DNA of 28,520 nucleotides from Gammaproteobacteria bacterium (GCA_026994735.1 JALWQD010000074.1:1-28520), one strand, 5' to 3'. Shown: positions 1 to 10,997, counted from the first letter of the stretch. Made by a program: numbers and translations. Notes: generated by a model from the sequence alone, not told the origin.

Positions 1-1
1 T

Positions 2-1306
2 GAAACTCTCGGCCTGTCGGCCGAAATTCTGCGCGCTATCTCTGAACAGGGATATAACAAACCAACCCCGGTCCAGAGCCAGGCCATTCCGGTCATTCTT
101 GCCGGTAATGATGTCCTTGCCGGTGCTCAGACAGGTACAGGCAAAACGGCCGGTTTTACACTGCCTATTCTGCAACGTCTGCAAAGCCGCGAGCGTCAAA
201 GCGGTGCCCGAAAACAGTCGCCCAGGGCCTTGATTCTGACGCCAACCCGCGAGCTGGCCGCTCAGGTCGGTGAAAGCGTCCAGACCTACGGCAGGCATCT
301 GCCGATGAAGTCGACAGTGATCTTCGGTGGCGTCAAAATCAACCCACAAATTGACCGCCTGCGTCGTGGCATCGACATCCTAATCGCTACCCCGGGCCGT
401 TTACTCGATCATGCCCAGCAACGCACCGTTGATCTCTCACAGATCGAAATTCTCGTCCTTGACGAAGCGGATCGCATGCTCGACATGGGATTTATCCACG
501 ATATCCGCCGCTTGCTGGCCTTGCTGCCAAAGAATGACAAGCGCCAGAACCTTCTCTTTTCGGCCACCTTTTCGGCAGAGATAAAGACACTTGCCAAAGG
601 TTTGCTCAATGACCCTCAATTGATCGAAGTTGAGCGCAACAACAGCACCGCTGCCCGCATCTCCCAACTGATACATCCAGTTGACAAAGGTCGCAAACGC
701 GAACTATTAAGTGCCCTCATTGGCGCCGGTAACTGGCACCAGGTACTGGTTTTTACGCGCACTAAACACGGCGCCAATCGTCTCGCGGAGCAACTGGGCA
801 AAGACGGCCTGACTGCCGCCGCTATTCATGGCAATAAAAGCCAGGGAGCCCGTACGCGCGCCCTCGCCGACTTCAAAAAAGGCACTGTCCGGGTGCTTGT
901 CGCCACTGATATTGCCGCTCGGGGTCTGGATATTGACCAGCTCCCTCATGTCGTCAACTTTGAACTACCGAACATCCCCGAGGATTATGTCCACCGGATC
1001 GGTAGAACTGGTCGTGCTGGCAATGAAGGCCAGGCAATCTCTCTCGTCTGCGTTGATGAACTCAAACTGTTACGTGATATCGAACGACTGCTGAAGTCTG
1101 AATTGCCGAAGGAAATATTAACCGGATATGAACCCGACCCCAGCATTAAGGCTGAGCCGATTCAGAAAGGGCGTCAAGCCCGCCCGTCAGCACGTCGCGG
1201 CCCACGTCAGAATAACCGGGCCAACGGCAATCGCGCCAGCACGAAACCTGCTGCAGCACGCAGCCGTGGTCGCCGCCAATCATCCCGACGCGCCCACGCT
1301 GGCTAA
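2..1306 (+). CDS. rhlE: ATP-dependent DEAD-box RNA helicase RhlE (5' end lies just outside the window)
   Basis: Frame is open from base 2 ([31 protein letters not shown] motif; AQTGTGKT, Walker A). Also [31 protein letters not shown], the RhlE-typical [13 protein letters not shown] and an Arg-rich tail. The ORF-track start at 230 is internal. Confidence 0.93.
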   Translation, partial: ETLGLSAEILRAISEQGYNKPTPVQSQAIPVILAGNDVLAGAQTGTGKTAGFTLPILQRLQSRERQSGARKQSPRALILTPTRELAAQVGESVQTYGRHLPMKSTVIFGGVKINPQIDRLRRGIDILIATPGRLLDHAQQRTVDLSQIEILVLDEADRMLDMGFIHDIRRLLALLPKNDKRQNLLFSATFSAEIKTLAKGLLNDPQLIEVERNNSTAARISQLIHPVDKGRKRELLSALIGAGNWHQVLVFTRTKHGANRLAEQLGKDGLTAAAIHGNKSQGARTRALADFKKGTVRVLVATDIAARGLDIDQLPHVVNFELPNIPEDYVHRIGRTGRAGNEGQAISLVCVDELKLLRDIERLLKSELPKEILTGYEPDPSIKAEPIQKGRQARPSARRGPRQNNRANGNRASTKPAAARSRGRRQSSRRAHAG

Positions 1307-1332
1307 CTTTCCTGTCTTTCCGGAATGAGACG

Positions 1333-1362
1333 AAGGGCCCCATTTCCGGGGCCCTTTTTATT
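1333..1362 (+). terminator. Rho-independent terminator after rhlE
   Basis: Perfect 9-bp inverted repeat AAGGGCCCC-atttcc-GGGGCCCTT (1333-1356) running into TTTTTATT, 26 nt after the rhlE stop. Confidence 0.85.
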
Positions 1363-1518
1363 GCCCCTGACGCTACAGACAGCGGAAACACAAGCACATC
1401 GAATAACTTGCACGGAGATCAAGAACAATAAAAAAATACTGGCATACTGTTTGGCAGACGTAGGTGAGCATTTTGAAAACCGTCACACGAAGACAAGATA
1501 GCCAGGCAACTTACGTTT

Positions 1519-2385
1519 TTAGAGCACCTCAAGAAGTCGTTCAGCCATTGCTGCGGGCGAGCGTACAGTCGCCACACCAGCCGCTTCCAGGGCCAGGTAC
1601 TTTTCTTCGGCTGTACCCTGGCCAGCGGCAATAATGGCCCCGGCATGGCCCATTCGTTTTCCGGCCGGTGCTGTGACACCGGCAATATAAGCGACCACGG
1701 GCTTGCTGACATGGGTACGGATAAAATCAGCAGCTTCTTCTTCGGCAGTGCCACCGATCTCACCGACCATAACAATGGCCTCAGTCTGGTCATCAGCCTC
1801 AAACCAGCCTAAACAATCGATGAAATTTGTCCCCGGCAGTGGATCTCCACCGATGCCGACACAGGTACTCTGCCCAAGTCCGGCATCGCTGGTTTGCTTG
1901 ACCGCTTCGTAGGTCAGCGTCCCCGAACGAGAAACAATACCAATACGGCCAGGGCGATGGATAGCGGCAGGCATAATGCCAATTTTGCACTCACCCGGGG
2001 TAATCACACCGGGGCAATTTGGTCCGATCAAGGTAACCCCGGCATCATGGACAACCTCATTTACCAGCAACATATCCAATGTCGGAATACCTTCAGTGAT
2101 GCAAACAATCAGCCTTAGACCGGCTGCAACGGCTTCAAGAATAGCATCTTTACAAAAGGCTGCCGGAACATAAATCATCGTCGCATCGGCAGCCGTTTCC
2201 GCAACGGCATCACGTACCGTATCAAAAACGGGTCTGTCGAGATGCCGTTGACCGCCTTTACCTGGCGTCACGCCACCGACCAGCTGACTGCCATAAGCAA
2301 TCGCCTGTTCGGAATGAAAAGTGCCCTGTTTACCGGTGAACCCCTGACAAATCACCCGCGTCGACTTGTTGACAAGAATACTCAT
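1519..2385 (-). CDS. sucD: Succinyl-CoA synthetase alpha subunit
   Basis: [44 protein letters not shown], phospho-His motif MGHAGA. 4-nt overlap with the sucC stop. Confidence 0.97.
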   Translation of the reverse strand: MSILVNKSTRVICQGFTGKQGTFHSEQAIAYGSQLVGGVTPGKGGQRHLDRPVFDTVRDAVAETAADATMIYVPAAFCKDAILEAVAAGLRLIVCITEGIPTLDMLLVNEVVHDAGVTLIGPNCPGVITPGECKIGIMPAAIHRPGRIGIVSRSGTLTYEAVKQTSDAGLGQSTCVGIGGDPLPGTNFIDCLGWFEADDQTEAIVMVGEIGGTAEEEAADFIRTHVSKPVVAYIAGVTAPAGKRMGHAGAIIAAGQGTAEEKYLALEAAGVATVRSPAAMAERLLEVL

Positions 2386-3551
2386 GTCACCCCCCCGACA
2401 GCAGCAACAATCGCTTTTGCCGCTTGCGAGAGACCTGCTACGGCCTGAATTTGCAGGCCGCTGGGTTCAAGTAACTGGCGGCCACGCTCAGCATTCGTGC
2501 CTTCGAGGCGGACAACAACAGGGAGCGTTACACCCACTTCCTCTACAGCGGCAATAATGCCTTCGGCGATCAAATCACAGCGCACAATACCCCCAAAAAT
2601 GTTGACCAGAATGCCGCGCACCTGATCATCGGAGAGAATAATCTTGAAGGCTTCAGCCACCCGTTCTTTGGTCGCCGTCCCGCCAACATCGAGAAAATTC
2701 GCCGGTTCACCGCCAACAAGCTTGATCAAATCCATCGTCGCCATGGCCAGTCCGGCACCATTGACCATGCAACCGATATTGCCATCAAGGGCGATATAAT
2801 TCAGCTGCCACTGATTGGCTTCAACCTCACGCGGATCTTCCTGGCGCAGATCGCGCAGGGCAAGCAAATCGGAATGGCGGTAAAGTGCGTTATCATCAAT
2901 ATTCACCTTCGCATCGAGACAAAGCAGTTCACCACTCTCGCTGACAGCGAGTGGGTTAATCTCAACCAGGGCCAAATCCTCGGCTATGAATAATTGCCCC
3001 AGGCCCAACAACAATTGACTGAAAACGGATACCTGCTTACCCGACAGGCCGAGAGAAAAAGCCAGTTCTCGGCATTGGTAGGGCTGTAAACCAACACGCG
3101 GGTCAACAATGGTTTTAAGGATTTTTTCGGGTGTTTGAGCGGCTACCTTCTCGATCTCCACTCCCCCTTCCGTCGATGCCATAACAACCACGCGCGAACG
3201 CGAACGATCGATGACGACACCAAGGTATAATTCACGCGCAATCGCCAGGGGAGGCTCAATCAGCACTTCATTCACCGGCTTACCTGCCGGACCGCTTTGG
3301 TAGGTCACCAAGGGCTGTGCCAGTAATTGCTTGACATAAGCAATGGCTGCCGCCTGATCATCAACAAGCCGAACACCACCCGCCTTACCACGGCCTCCTG
3401 TATGCGCCTGTGCCTTGATAATCCAGCGATCGCCAGCCACTTCTGCCAGCGCCGCCGGTACTTGCTCGGCCGTTTGAACGACAGCCCGGGCGGGCACGGG
3501 CAAACCATAACGGGCAAATAATGCCTTTCCCTGATACTCATGAAGATTCAT
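2382..3551 (-). CDS. sucC: Succinyl-CoA synthetase beta subunit
   Basis: [63 protein letters not shown]. Confidence 0.97.
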   Translation of the reverse strand: MNLHEYQGKALFARYGLPVPARAVVQTAEQVPAALAEVAGDRWIIKAQAHTGGRGKAGGVRLVDDQAAAIAYVKQLLAQPLVTYQSGPAGKPVNEVLIEPPLAIARELYLGVVIDRSRSRVVVMASTEGGVEIEKVAAQTPEKILKTIVDPRVGLQPYQCRELAFSLGLSGKQVSVFSQLLLGLGQLFIAEDLALVEINPLAVSESGELLCLDAKVNIDDNALYRHSDLLALRDLRQEDPREVEANQWQLNYIALDGNIGCMVNGAGLAMATMDLIKLVGGEPANFLDVGGTATKERVAEAFKIILSDDQVRGILVNIFGGIVRCDLIAEGIIAAVEEVGVTLPVVVRLEGTNAERGRQLLEPSGLQIQAVAGLSQAAKAIVAAVGGVT

Positions 3552-3632
3552 TGCTGCCCCTTTCTCTTGTTATCTGCTGGCAGGGAATATCATCATAAAT
3601 TACCGTTACTATAAACCGCCTAGAAGGTTTTT

Positions 3633-5069
3633 TCATGGTCGCCTTGAGCGTCCTTTATGAATCGCCAGGCCATTCACATCCATGGCCGCTTCGTGAAGAA
3701 CCTCGGAGAGACTGGGATGCGCAAAAACCGTCATCGCCAAATCTTCACTGCTGCCCTGAAATTGCATCGCAATAACCGCTTCGGCAATCAATTCAGAGCA
3801 ATGATTGCCGATCATATGAACACCGAGTATGCGATCTGTATGGACATCGGCAAGTATTTTGACCAGTCCACGGGTATCACCCATAGCCATTGCCCGGCCA
3901 CTGGCAGCATAGGGAAAACTGCCTACACGGAAGTCTGTCCCGGCAGCTTTAAGCTGCGCCTCATTCTTGCCTACCCAAGCAATTTCGGGTTGGGTATAAA
4001 GGACGCTGGGGATGGTCTCGTAATCGACCCAGGCTTGCTTGCCAGCAATCACCTCGGCGACCATGATGCCCTCTTCCGAACCCTTGTGTGCCAACATGGG
4101 CCCGCGGACAAGATCGCCTATGGCATAGACCCCGGGTTGATTGGTGCGACAATGGTCATCGACGATAACCTGTCCCCGACGCCCCATCGCCAACGGGCAG
4201 TCACTGGCAAAAAGATGATCACTATTAGCTTCTCGGCCAACGGCAACGATCAAACGATCAAAGCGTTCCTGGTGTGTGCCATCCGCGTCCTGATAGTCAA
4301 CAATCACGCCATCATCACGGGTCGTCGACGTTACCCGTGCGCCAAGGCGAATATCCAGCCCCTGTTCCGTAAAAAAACGCAGCCCGTCATTCGCAATCTG
4401 GCTATCCGCCATGGCAAGAAACTCATCCTGCGCCTCGAGCAACACCACATCGGAGCCGAGACGCCGCCAGACACTACCTAGCTCAAGGCCAATCACGCCA
4501 GCACCGATGATGCCCAGTCTCTGCGGCACCTCGGAAAATGATAGGGCGGCTGCTGAGTCGACAATCTGCTCACCATCGAGGGGCGCCACGGCAAGATCGA
4601 CAGGCCGTGATCCTGTTGCCAGGATAACGTTTTCGCTGTCAATAAAATAATGCTCGGCACCGTCTACAGGCATCACTTCTACTCGCCGACCGCTATGCAG
4701 GCAGGCACGAGCACTGATCATCTTGACGTCATTCGACTTCAGCAAGCTGGTGACGCCTTGATTGAGTCCACGAACAATACGCCGCTTGCGCGCCAACATT
4801 GCTGACAAATCCAGTGTCACCTTGCCGGAAAGCCCATGATCAGAAAACTCCTCGCGACTACGTTCAAGTAATTCAGAGGATTCAAGCAGTGCTTTCGACG
4901 GAATACAGCCGACATTCAGGCAAGTGCCGCCGGGAGCCGGCTGTCCTTTTTCATCCAGCCAGTCATCAATACACGCTGTTTTCAGGCCCAATTGAGCCGA
5001 GCGTATCGCGGCAACATAACCCGCCGGTCCGGCACCGATGACTACAACATCAAACTGATCTGCCATCAT
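3633..5069 (-). CDS. lpdA: Dihydrolipoamide dehydrogenase (E3)
   Basis: GAGPAGY FAD motif, GGTCLNVGCIPSKAL redox disulfide, GAGVIGLE NAD motif, HPSLSE catalytic dyad. Located after sucB. Confidence 0.96.
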   Translation of the reverse strand: MMADQFDVVVIGAGPAGYVAAIRSAQLGLKTACIDDWLDEKGQPAPGGTCLNVGCIPSKALLESSELLERSREEFSDHGLSGKVTLDLSAMLARKRRIVRGLNQGVTSLLKSNDVKMISARACLHSGRRVEVMPVDGAEHYFIDSENVILATGSRPVDLAVAPLDGEQIVDSAAALSFSEVPQRLGIIGAGVIGLELGSVWRRLGSDVVLLEAQDEFLAMADSQIANDGLRFFTEQGLDIRLGARVTSTTRDDGVIVDYQDADGTHQERFDRLIVAVGREANSDHLFASDCPLAMGRRGQVIVDDHCRTNQPGVYAIGDLVRGPMLAHKGSEEGIMVAEVIAGKQAWVDYETIPSVLYTQPEIAWVGKNEAQLKAAGTDFRVGSFPYAASGRAMAMGDTRGLVKILADVHTDRILGVHMIGNHCSELIAEAVIAMQFQGSSEDLAMTVFAHPSLSEVLHEAAMDVNGLAIHKGRSRRP

Positions 5070-5160
5070 TCCCTCTCATGATTTCGGGGCACTTTACAAT
5101 GCCTTCCAGTCATCTGCGTCAATGAATCCTCACCGGCTGCTGAAGACACTTGCCGACGTC

Positions 5161-6399
5161 TCAGATTTCAAGCAACATCCGCGCCGGGTCTTCCAACAGC
5201 TGCTTGATGTGAACCAGGAACTGCACTGCTCCACGTCCGTCGATAAGACGGTGATCATAGGACAGGGCGACATACATCATCGGCCGAACAACAATTTCAT
5301 CAGCAATCACTACGGCACGCTTTTCAATCTTGTGCATGCCGAGAATGGCACTCTGAGGGGGATTAATAATCGGTGTTGACAGCAGAGAACCGAAAACGCC
5401 ACCATTGGTGATCGTGAAGGTGCCGCCAGTCATCTCTTCAATATCCAGTCGCCCTTCATTGGCTCGACTGGCAAAATCCGTGATTTGCTGCTCTGTCACC
5501 GCCATTGTCATTTGGTCAGTATCACGCAGCACGGGCACAACGAGCCCACGCGCCGATGCCACGGCAATACCGATATCGTAATAGCCATGGTAAACAATTT
5601 CGTCGCCATCAATAGAGGCATTGATATCGGGAAAGTGTTTCAAGGCATCGGTAACTGCTTTGACAAAAAAAGACATGAAGCCCAGACGCGCCGCATGACG
5701 TTGCTCGAATTGTTTGCGGTAACGCTGTCGTAAATCAATGACCGCCTGCATGTCGATTTCATTAAACGTCGTCAGGATGGCGGCACTTTGCTGAGCATCC
5801 AGCAGACGGTCGGCAATCACTGCCCGCAAGCGGCTCATGGGCTCGCGTTTTTCCGGCCGGTTGCCCCCCGGAAAAGCATAGACAGGTGAGCTGACAGGCC
5901 CCTCTTTTTGTCCTTCATTAACCATCACGGCCGGCGGCTGCTGGTCAAGAAAACGGATAACATCGTCCTTGAGGATACGCCCCCCTTGTCCGCTGCCAAC
6001 AATATCAGCAACATCCAGCTGCTGTTCGGCAATCAAGCGACGTGCTGAAGGTGTTACCAGGCGCGCTTCATCAGTGGCTGCGGCTTCTGTCACTGCCGCA
6101 ACCGTACTGTCTTTTGTAGCAATAGCAGGCTTTACCATCGCAGCCACGGTTTTCTTTACCTCACCCGCTTGCAAGGCTGCCAGCGGCTGCCCCGACTTAA
6201 CGATGCTGCCTTCGTCGGCAAATATCTGCACTAACTTTCCAGCACTCGGAGCAGGTACTTCAAAAACGACCTTATCGGTTTCAATGTCGGCGACAATCTC
6301 ATCACGGCCCACGTCATCACCCGGCCGTTTATGCCAGCAAACGACTTTCCCGTCTTTAACCGACTCGGGAAAACTCGGCACCTTGATTTCAATCGTCAT
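5161..6399 (-). CDS. sucB: 2-oxoglutarate dehydrogenase E2 (dihydrolipoamide succinyltransferase)
   Basis: Lipoyl domain ETDKV, peripheral-subunit-binding [21 protein letters not shown], catalytic DHRLIDG. Confidence 0.96.
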   Translation of the reverse strand: MTIEIKVPSFPESVKDGKVVCWHKRPGDDVGRDEIVADIETDKVVFEVPAPSAGKLVQIFADEGSIVKSGQPLAALQAGEVKKTVAAMVKPAIATKDSTVAAVTEAAATDEARLVTPSARRLIAEQQLDVADIVGSGQGGRILKDDVIRFLDQQPPAVMVNEGQKEGPVSSPVYAFPGGNRPEKREPMSRLRAVIADRLLDAQQSAAILTTFNEIDMQAVIDLRQRYRKQFEQRHAARLGFMSFFVKAVTDALKHFPDINASIDGDEIVYHGYYDIGIAVASARGLVVPVLRDTDQMTMAVTEQQITDFASRANEGRLDIEEMTGGTFTITNGGVFGSLLSTPIINPPQSAILGMHKIEKRAVVIADEIVVRPMMYVALSYDHRLIDGRGAVQFLVHIKQLLEDPARMLLEI

Positions 6400-6552
6400 C
6401 TGCCTTCCTCCATGCTGTGGCCGCTGCTGGCCTCTTCTGAGATCTGGATACCGCGAGCGAATTAATCATTGTTAACAAAAAATCGTCGGGCCACTAGAAA
6501 CAATCGCCCGCATGACAACGCATTTGTCGTCAAACTCCCGGATTCAAAACAG

Positions 6553-9408
6553 TCAATCGTCACTATCATCAGAAGTCGATAAAGTAGCGCTTCCCAGCGC
6601 TTCATCAAGCAATTGGCATAATTGGCGAATATGCAACAGTGGATAACCGACAGCGGGAGCGGCAGAGGCCGGTCGCCCGGCATAAATTAGTTGATCATCT
6701 TCTCGCAACAAAGAACGAATATGATGCTGACTGGAATACCAGGCACCCTGATTCATCGGTTCTTCCTGGCACCAGACAATTTCATGCGCCGTACCATATT
6801 GTTCAAGGATACGGGCCAGATCGGCTGTTGGAAAGGGGTAGACCTGTTCAATACGAATAATAGCAACATCCTTACGCGCATCATTTTGACGTTTCTCGAT
6901 CAAATCAAAATAGACCTTGCCGGCACAGAGTACGAGGCGACGAACCTTGCTAACGTCAATGGCCTCAACTTCTGGTATCAGGACACGAAAGCCGCCATGA
7001 GTCATTTCATCGAGACTGCTAACCGAAAGCTTGTGGCGGAGCAAACTTTTCGGCGTCAGTACGATCAGCGGCTTACGGCAATCGATATGCATCTGCCGCC
7101 GTAACATATGAAACATCTGCGCCGGTGTCGTGGGAATACAAATCTGCATATTGTGCTCGGCACAAAGTTGCAGATAGCGTTCCAGTCGCGCCGAAGAATG
7201 TTCCGGCCCCTGCCCCTCATAGCCGTGCGGCAGAAAAACAACAAGGCCACAGAGACGATTCCACTTTTGCTCACCGGCACTGATAAACTGATCGATGACT
7301 ACCTGGGCATTATTGGCGAAGTCACCAAATTGTGATTCCCAAATGACCAGTGTCGCCGGGTCTGTCGTCGCATACCCGTACTCAAAGGCCAATACAGCTT
7401 CCTCGGAGAGCAGGGAATTTGTCACCAGAAAATCCGGCTGGCGAGCGGAAAGATTGCGTAATGGCACATAGACTTCACCATCCTGCATATTATAAACCGT
7501 AGAATGGCGATGAAAAAACGCCCCTCGACCACTATCCTGTCCCGATAAACGAACAGGATAACCTTCATCGAGTAAACTGGCGTACGCAAGGTTTTCGGCA
7601 AAACCCCAGTCGACCGCCATCCCTCCCGCAGCCATCCGCCGACGATCTTCATAGATCTTGTTGACACTGCGATGTAATTCAAAACCATCCGGCAACGCCA
7701 GCAAACGCTCACTGAGCTGCCGCAATTGATCCAGAGAAATCCCTGTCTTGACCAGATCGGAGGGTATTTCACCGTGATATGAACGCCATTTCCAGCCACC
7801 GGTATCCCATGCCGGTGTTGCACTGACCAAATGAGGGGCAACACATTCGCCCCGGTCGAGAGACTGCCGGTATGACTCTTCCCAAGTTGTTGCCCAATCG
7901 CTGTCCACCAGCCCGGCTTGCTGCAAACGAACAGCATAACCTTCACGCACAGTCGGCAAAGAGCGTATACGCTTATACATCATTGGCTGGGTAACCGAAG
8001 GTTCATCGGCTTCGCTGTGTCCGTGGCGGCGATAGCAGACCAGATCAATGACAACATCCTTGCGATAGCGCATACGATAGTCGAGCGCCAACATGGTCAC
8101 GTATGCGACAGCCTCGGGGTCATCACCATTAACATGAAATACGGGCGCATTCACGATCTTGGCCAAATCACTGCAATAAACCGATGACCGGGCATCACGT
8201 TCATTGCTGGTCGTAAAGCCGATTTGATTATCGACAATAATATGTACTGTACCCTTCGTCGAATAACCACGGGATTTGGACATATTGATGGTCTCCATGA
8301 CCACGCCCTGCCCGGAAAAGGAGGCATCGCCATGAATCAGTACGGGAACAACCTGGGCACCGTCACCATCCTGGCGGCGTGCTTGCCGTGCCCTGACAGA
8401 GCCCTCGACAACCGGCGAAACAATTTCAAGATGTGATGGATTAAACGCCAGTGCCAAATGGACAATGCCATTCGGCGTTTCGATATTCGATGAAAAGCCC
8501 TGATGATATTTAACATCACCCGAGCCCTGCGGGCCATCAACCTTGCCCTCAAACTCGAGAAAGAGCTCGGCTGGCGATTTACCCATAATATTGACAAGGA
8601 CATTGAGACGGCCGCGATGAGCCATACCGATAGCCACTTCGCGAACACCCTGTTCAGTGCCGTGACTGATCAAACCATCAAGAATCAGAATCAGTGACTC
8701 GGCACCTTCGAGAGAAAAACGTTTTTGGCCAACATAGCGGCTATGAAGATAACGTTCGAGGGTTTCCGTGGCAATCAGACGCCGCAACAGTTCGCGACGG
8801 TAATCATCACCGGGCTGCCAGCAGGGGTAGCCCACTTCGAGACGCTGCTGTAGCCAGCGCTTTTCCTCTCGATCAGGAATAAACATGTATTCCGAACCAA
8901 TAGAACCGCAGTAAATATGCTGCAGGGCCTCTATCAACTGACGAATCGGAACATTTTTCAGGCCTGCAATCCCTTGCGTTTCACAGGCGCGCTCAAGATC
9001 ATCGTCCTGTAAGCCAAAATATGCGGAGCGTAATTCAGGAATGTCCGCCGACTGCCGTAACATCAACGGATCGATGGCCGCATTTAAATGCCCCAGCTCG
9101 CGGTAAGCAGCGATCAGCTGGCGAACAGCAATTTCACGCCGCAGATGGCTGGCATCTGCAGGCAGCTTTTCTATGGGTGGCAGTGGTTCATGTCGGGGCC
9201 GGGGTCTTTGACGACGATCCTGTTTTGGCGGATCCTGTTCAGATTGTCCTTGCAACAGGGTCTCGAAATACTGCTGCCATTGTCGGTCCAGCAGTTCGGG
9301 ATCACGGCAAAAATCAGCGTAGAGACGTTCGAGATAGGCAAGATTACCCTCTGCCAGGGGTGACTTCATTAGCAAGTCCAGCAAGTCTTCAGGGTGGTTT
9401 TTACTCAT
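6553..9408 (-). CDS. sucA: 2-oxoglutarate dehydrogenase E1
   Basis: GQKRFSLEG, GMAHRGRLN, GDVKYHQG, HGDASFSGQG, QFGDFAN, PHGYEGQGPEHSSARLERYLQ, QEEPMNQGAW. SD-like AAGGAG upstream of the ATG. Confidence 0.96.
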   Translation of the reverse strand: MSKNHPEDLLDLLMKSPLAEGNLAYLERLYADFCRDPELLDRQWQQYFETLLQGQSEQDPPKQDRRQRPRPRHEPLPPIEKLPADASHLRREIAVRQLIAAYRELGHLNAAIDPLMLRQSADIPELRSAYFGLQDDDLERACETQGIAGLKNVPIRQLIEALQHIYCGSIGSEYMFIPDREEKRWLQQRLEVGYPCWQPGDDYRRELLRRLIATETLERYLHSRYVGQKRFSLEGAESLILILDGLISHGTEQGVREVAIGMAHRGRLNVLVNIMGKSPAELFLEFEGKVDGPQGSGDVKYHQGFSSNIETPNGIVHLALAFNPSHLEIVSPVVEGSVRARQARRQDGDGAQVVPVLIHGDASFSGQGVVMETINMSKSRGYSTKGTVHIIVDNQIGFTTSNERDARSSVYCSDLAKIVNAPVFHVNGDDPEAVAYVTMLALDYRMRYRKDVVIDLVCYRRHGHSEADEPSVTQPMMYKRIRSLPTVREGYAVRLQQAGLVDSDWATTWEESYRQSLDRGECVAPHLVSATPAWDTGGWKWRSYHGEIPSDLVKTGISLDQLRQLSERLLALPDGFELHRSVNKIYEDRRRMAAGGMAVDWGFAENLAYASLLDEGYPVRLSGQDSGRGAFFHRHSTVYNMQDGEVYVPLRNLSARQPDFLVTNSLLSEEAVLAFEYGYATTDPATLVIWESQFGDFANNAQVVIDQFISAGEQKWNRLCGLVVFLPHGYEGQGPEHSSARLERYLQLCAEHNMQICIPTTPAQMFHMLRRQMHIDCRKPLIVLTPKSLLRHKLSVSSLDEMTHGGFRVLIPEVEAIDVSKVRRLVLCAGKVYFDLIEKRQNDARKDVAIIRIEQVYPFPTADLARILEQYGTAHEIVWCQEEPMNQGAWYSSQHHIRSLLREDDQLIYAGRPASAAPAVGYPLLHIRQLCQLLDEALGSATLSTSDDSDD

Positions 9409-9485
9409 GACTCCTTAGCCAATGGTCTTACCATCTATGATCGTCTCTTAGCTGGCCGTTTCATAACGACCGGCAGCACCCTGAA

Positions 9486-10517
9486 TCAAGCAGTCATTGC
9501 CAAACGCTCACGAATCTGTTCGGCATGAGGCGTATCGCCCTTCGCATCACAGATTTCCGCCAAAAGAGCCAATGCCCGACGGTTATCCGGCATCCGCTGC
9601 AGAATTTGACGGCAGTCATCTTCCGCCTCTGCCAGGCGGCCAGCACTCAAGTATGCACGACTGAGGCCTAAATGCGCATAGAGATCAAAGCCACATTCAA
9701 GACTTTGATTATAATAATCAAGAGCCTCGTCAAAACGACCCAACGATAAGCAGGCATCACCCACGCGAGTATAGAGATTCTGGTTCTCTGGTTCCTGTTC
9801 AAGAACAGTCAGCCAAACTTCAATCGCTTTTTCAAGCTGTTGCAAGCCGCGAAAACAATTGCCCAAGCCATATAAGGCGAATGGATTTTGCTCATCGATG
9901 GCCAGCGTCCGCCGGTAAAATCCCATCGCCACATCAAAACGCTTCTGACGCTGATGCATATTACCCATCATTGTCAATACAGCGATATTACTATCATGCA
10001 ATTTGAGATATTTCTCAAAACTGGCAATAGCCGTCTTGTCATCGCCCGTTTTGTAACAGAGGTTACCGATACCAAGCAGGGCATAGAGATCATTACCACC
10101 ACGTTCAAGGGCCTTTAGATAAAGCGCATAGGCTTCACGAAAAGCACCCTTCTTGCGATAAGAATCCGCCAAACGAACCATGACCATCGTATCTCCTGGC
10201 TTACACTGTAAGTAGCGTTTCCAGAAAATAATGGCTTTGTCCGGCTTTTGCAGACCACGATAAGCATTACCCATACCCCGTAATGCAAAAACATTTTCCT
10301 GGTCGATTTCGAGCAACTGCTCGTAATAATCGATTGCATCACGAAAGCGCTTCAATTTCCGACAGACATCGCCTAATCCGACAAGGACGTAGGCATTTCC
10401 GCTCGACAGCTCGTAAGCCTCGAGAAAGGCCGCCTCTGCGTCACGGTAGCGTCGCTTATTGAGCAGGGCATAACCCTTGCGTGAGAGCCTGACGACTGCC
10501 CTGGCATCACCGCTCAT
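9486..10517 (-). CDS. All-TPR (tetratricopeptide repeat) protein, no signal peptide, function unknown
   Basis: 343 aa made of about nine 34-aa repeats with the N-x-x-A-L-x-G-L-G-x-x-Y pattern (NAYVLVGLGDVCR, NVFALRGMGNAYR, NPFALYGLGNCFR). GGGAG upstream of the start. Confidence 0.85.
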   Translation of the reverse strand: MSGDARAVVRLSRKGYALLNKRRYRDAEAAFLEAYELSSGNAYVLVGLGDVCRKLKRFRDAIDYYEQLLEIDQENVFALRGMGNAYRGLQKPDKAIIFWKRYLQCKPGDTMVMVRLADSYRKKGAFREAYALYLKALERGGNDLYALLGIGNLCYKTGDDKTAIASFEKYLKLHDSNIAVLTMMGNMHQRQKRFDVAMGFYRRTLAIDEQNPFALYGLGNCFRGLQQLEKAIEVWLTVLEQEPENQNLYTRVGDACLSLGRFDEALDYYNQSLECGFDLYAHLGLSRAYLSAGRLAEAEDDCRQILQRMPDNRRALALLAEICDAKGDTPHAEQIRERLAMTA

Positions 10518-10997
10518 CTTTTCTATCTCCCGAATAGTGGGTCTTCAATATCAGTAACGAGTCTGGACAGATAATCTTTAGCGATTAGCCATTGCTAGCG
10601 CAAAAAATAATCAATCCGTTGTTATTATTCTGTAGAAACTAGATACGCAGCCTGACATCCGTGACTAGCGTTGATAACGCATCAAACTGAAGGCAATCAA
10701 TCAGCCCTCCTTCTGACAACTGACCAGGCCATAAAGGGCCTGCGTTTATCGTTCCGGGCTATCAGCCCGCCTTAATAATCAGGTTGCTCATGTTCTGCCG
10801 GCCACTACGCGCCAGATAACCATCATACAAGATGCGAGTCATTATGAAAATGCTCCAATTCATTGTATGCATTCAGCTTCAGAGAGCGATAAAAAAAACA
10901 GCTTTTGAAAAACACAAAAGCCATCCATTAACAACCATCCCTTGGAACTTTGATACTTGTCAGCCCGATATGTTCCCATAAAGATAGAAACACTTCC

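Noticed and set aside
6390-6470. 26-aa out-of-frame uORF ([26 protein letters not shown]) overlapping the sucB start
   Set aside because: No clear SD and no supporting features; expected by chance in a 153-bp spacer.
10671-10685. FNR-like TTGAT...ATCAA palindrome
   Set aside because: The spacer is 5 nt (AACGC); FNR/ANR sites need 4 nt.
10944-10971. GGAACTT on the plus strand as a sigma-E -35 element
   Set aside because: No TCTAA/TCAAA-like -10 at 16-17 nt (GATAT), and it points antisense into acpS.
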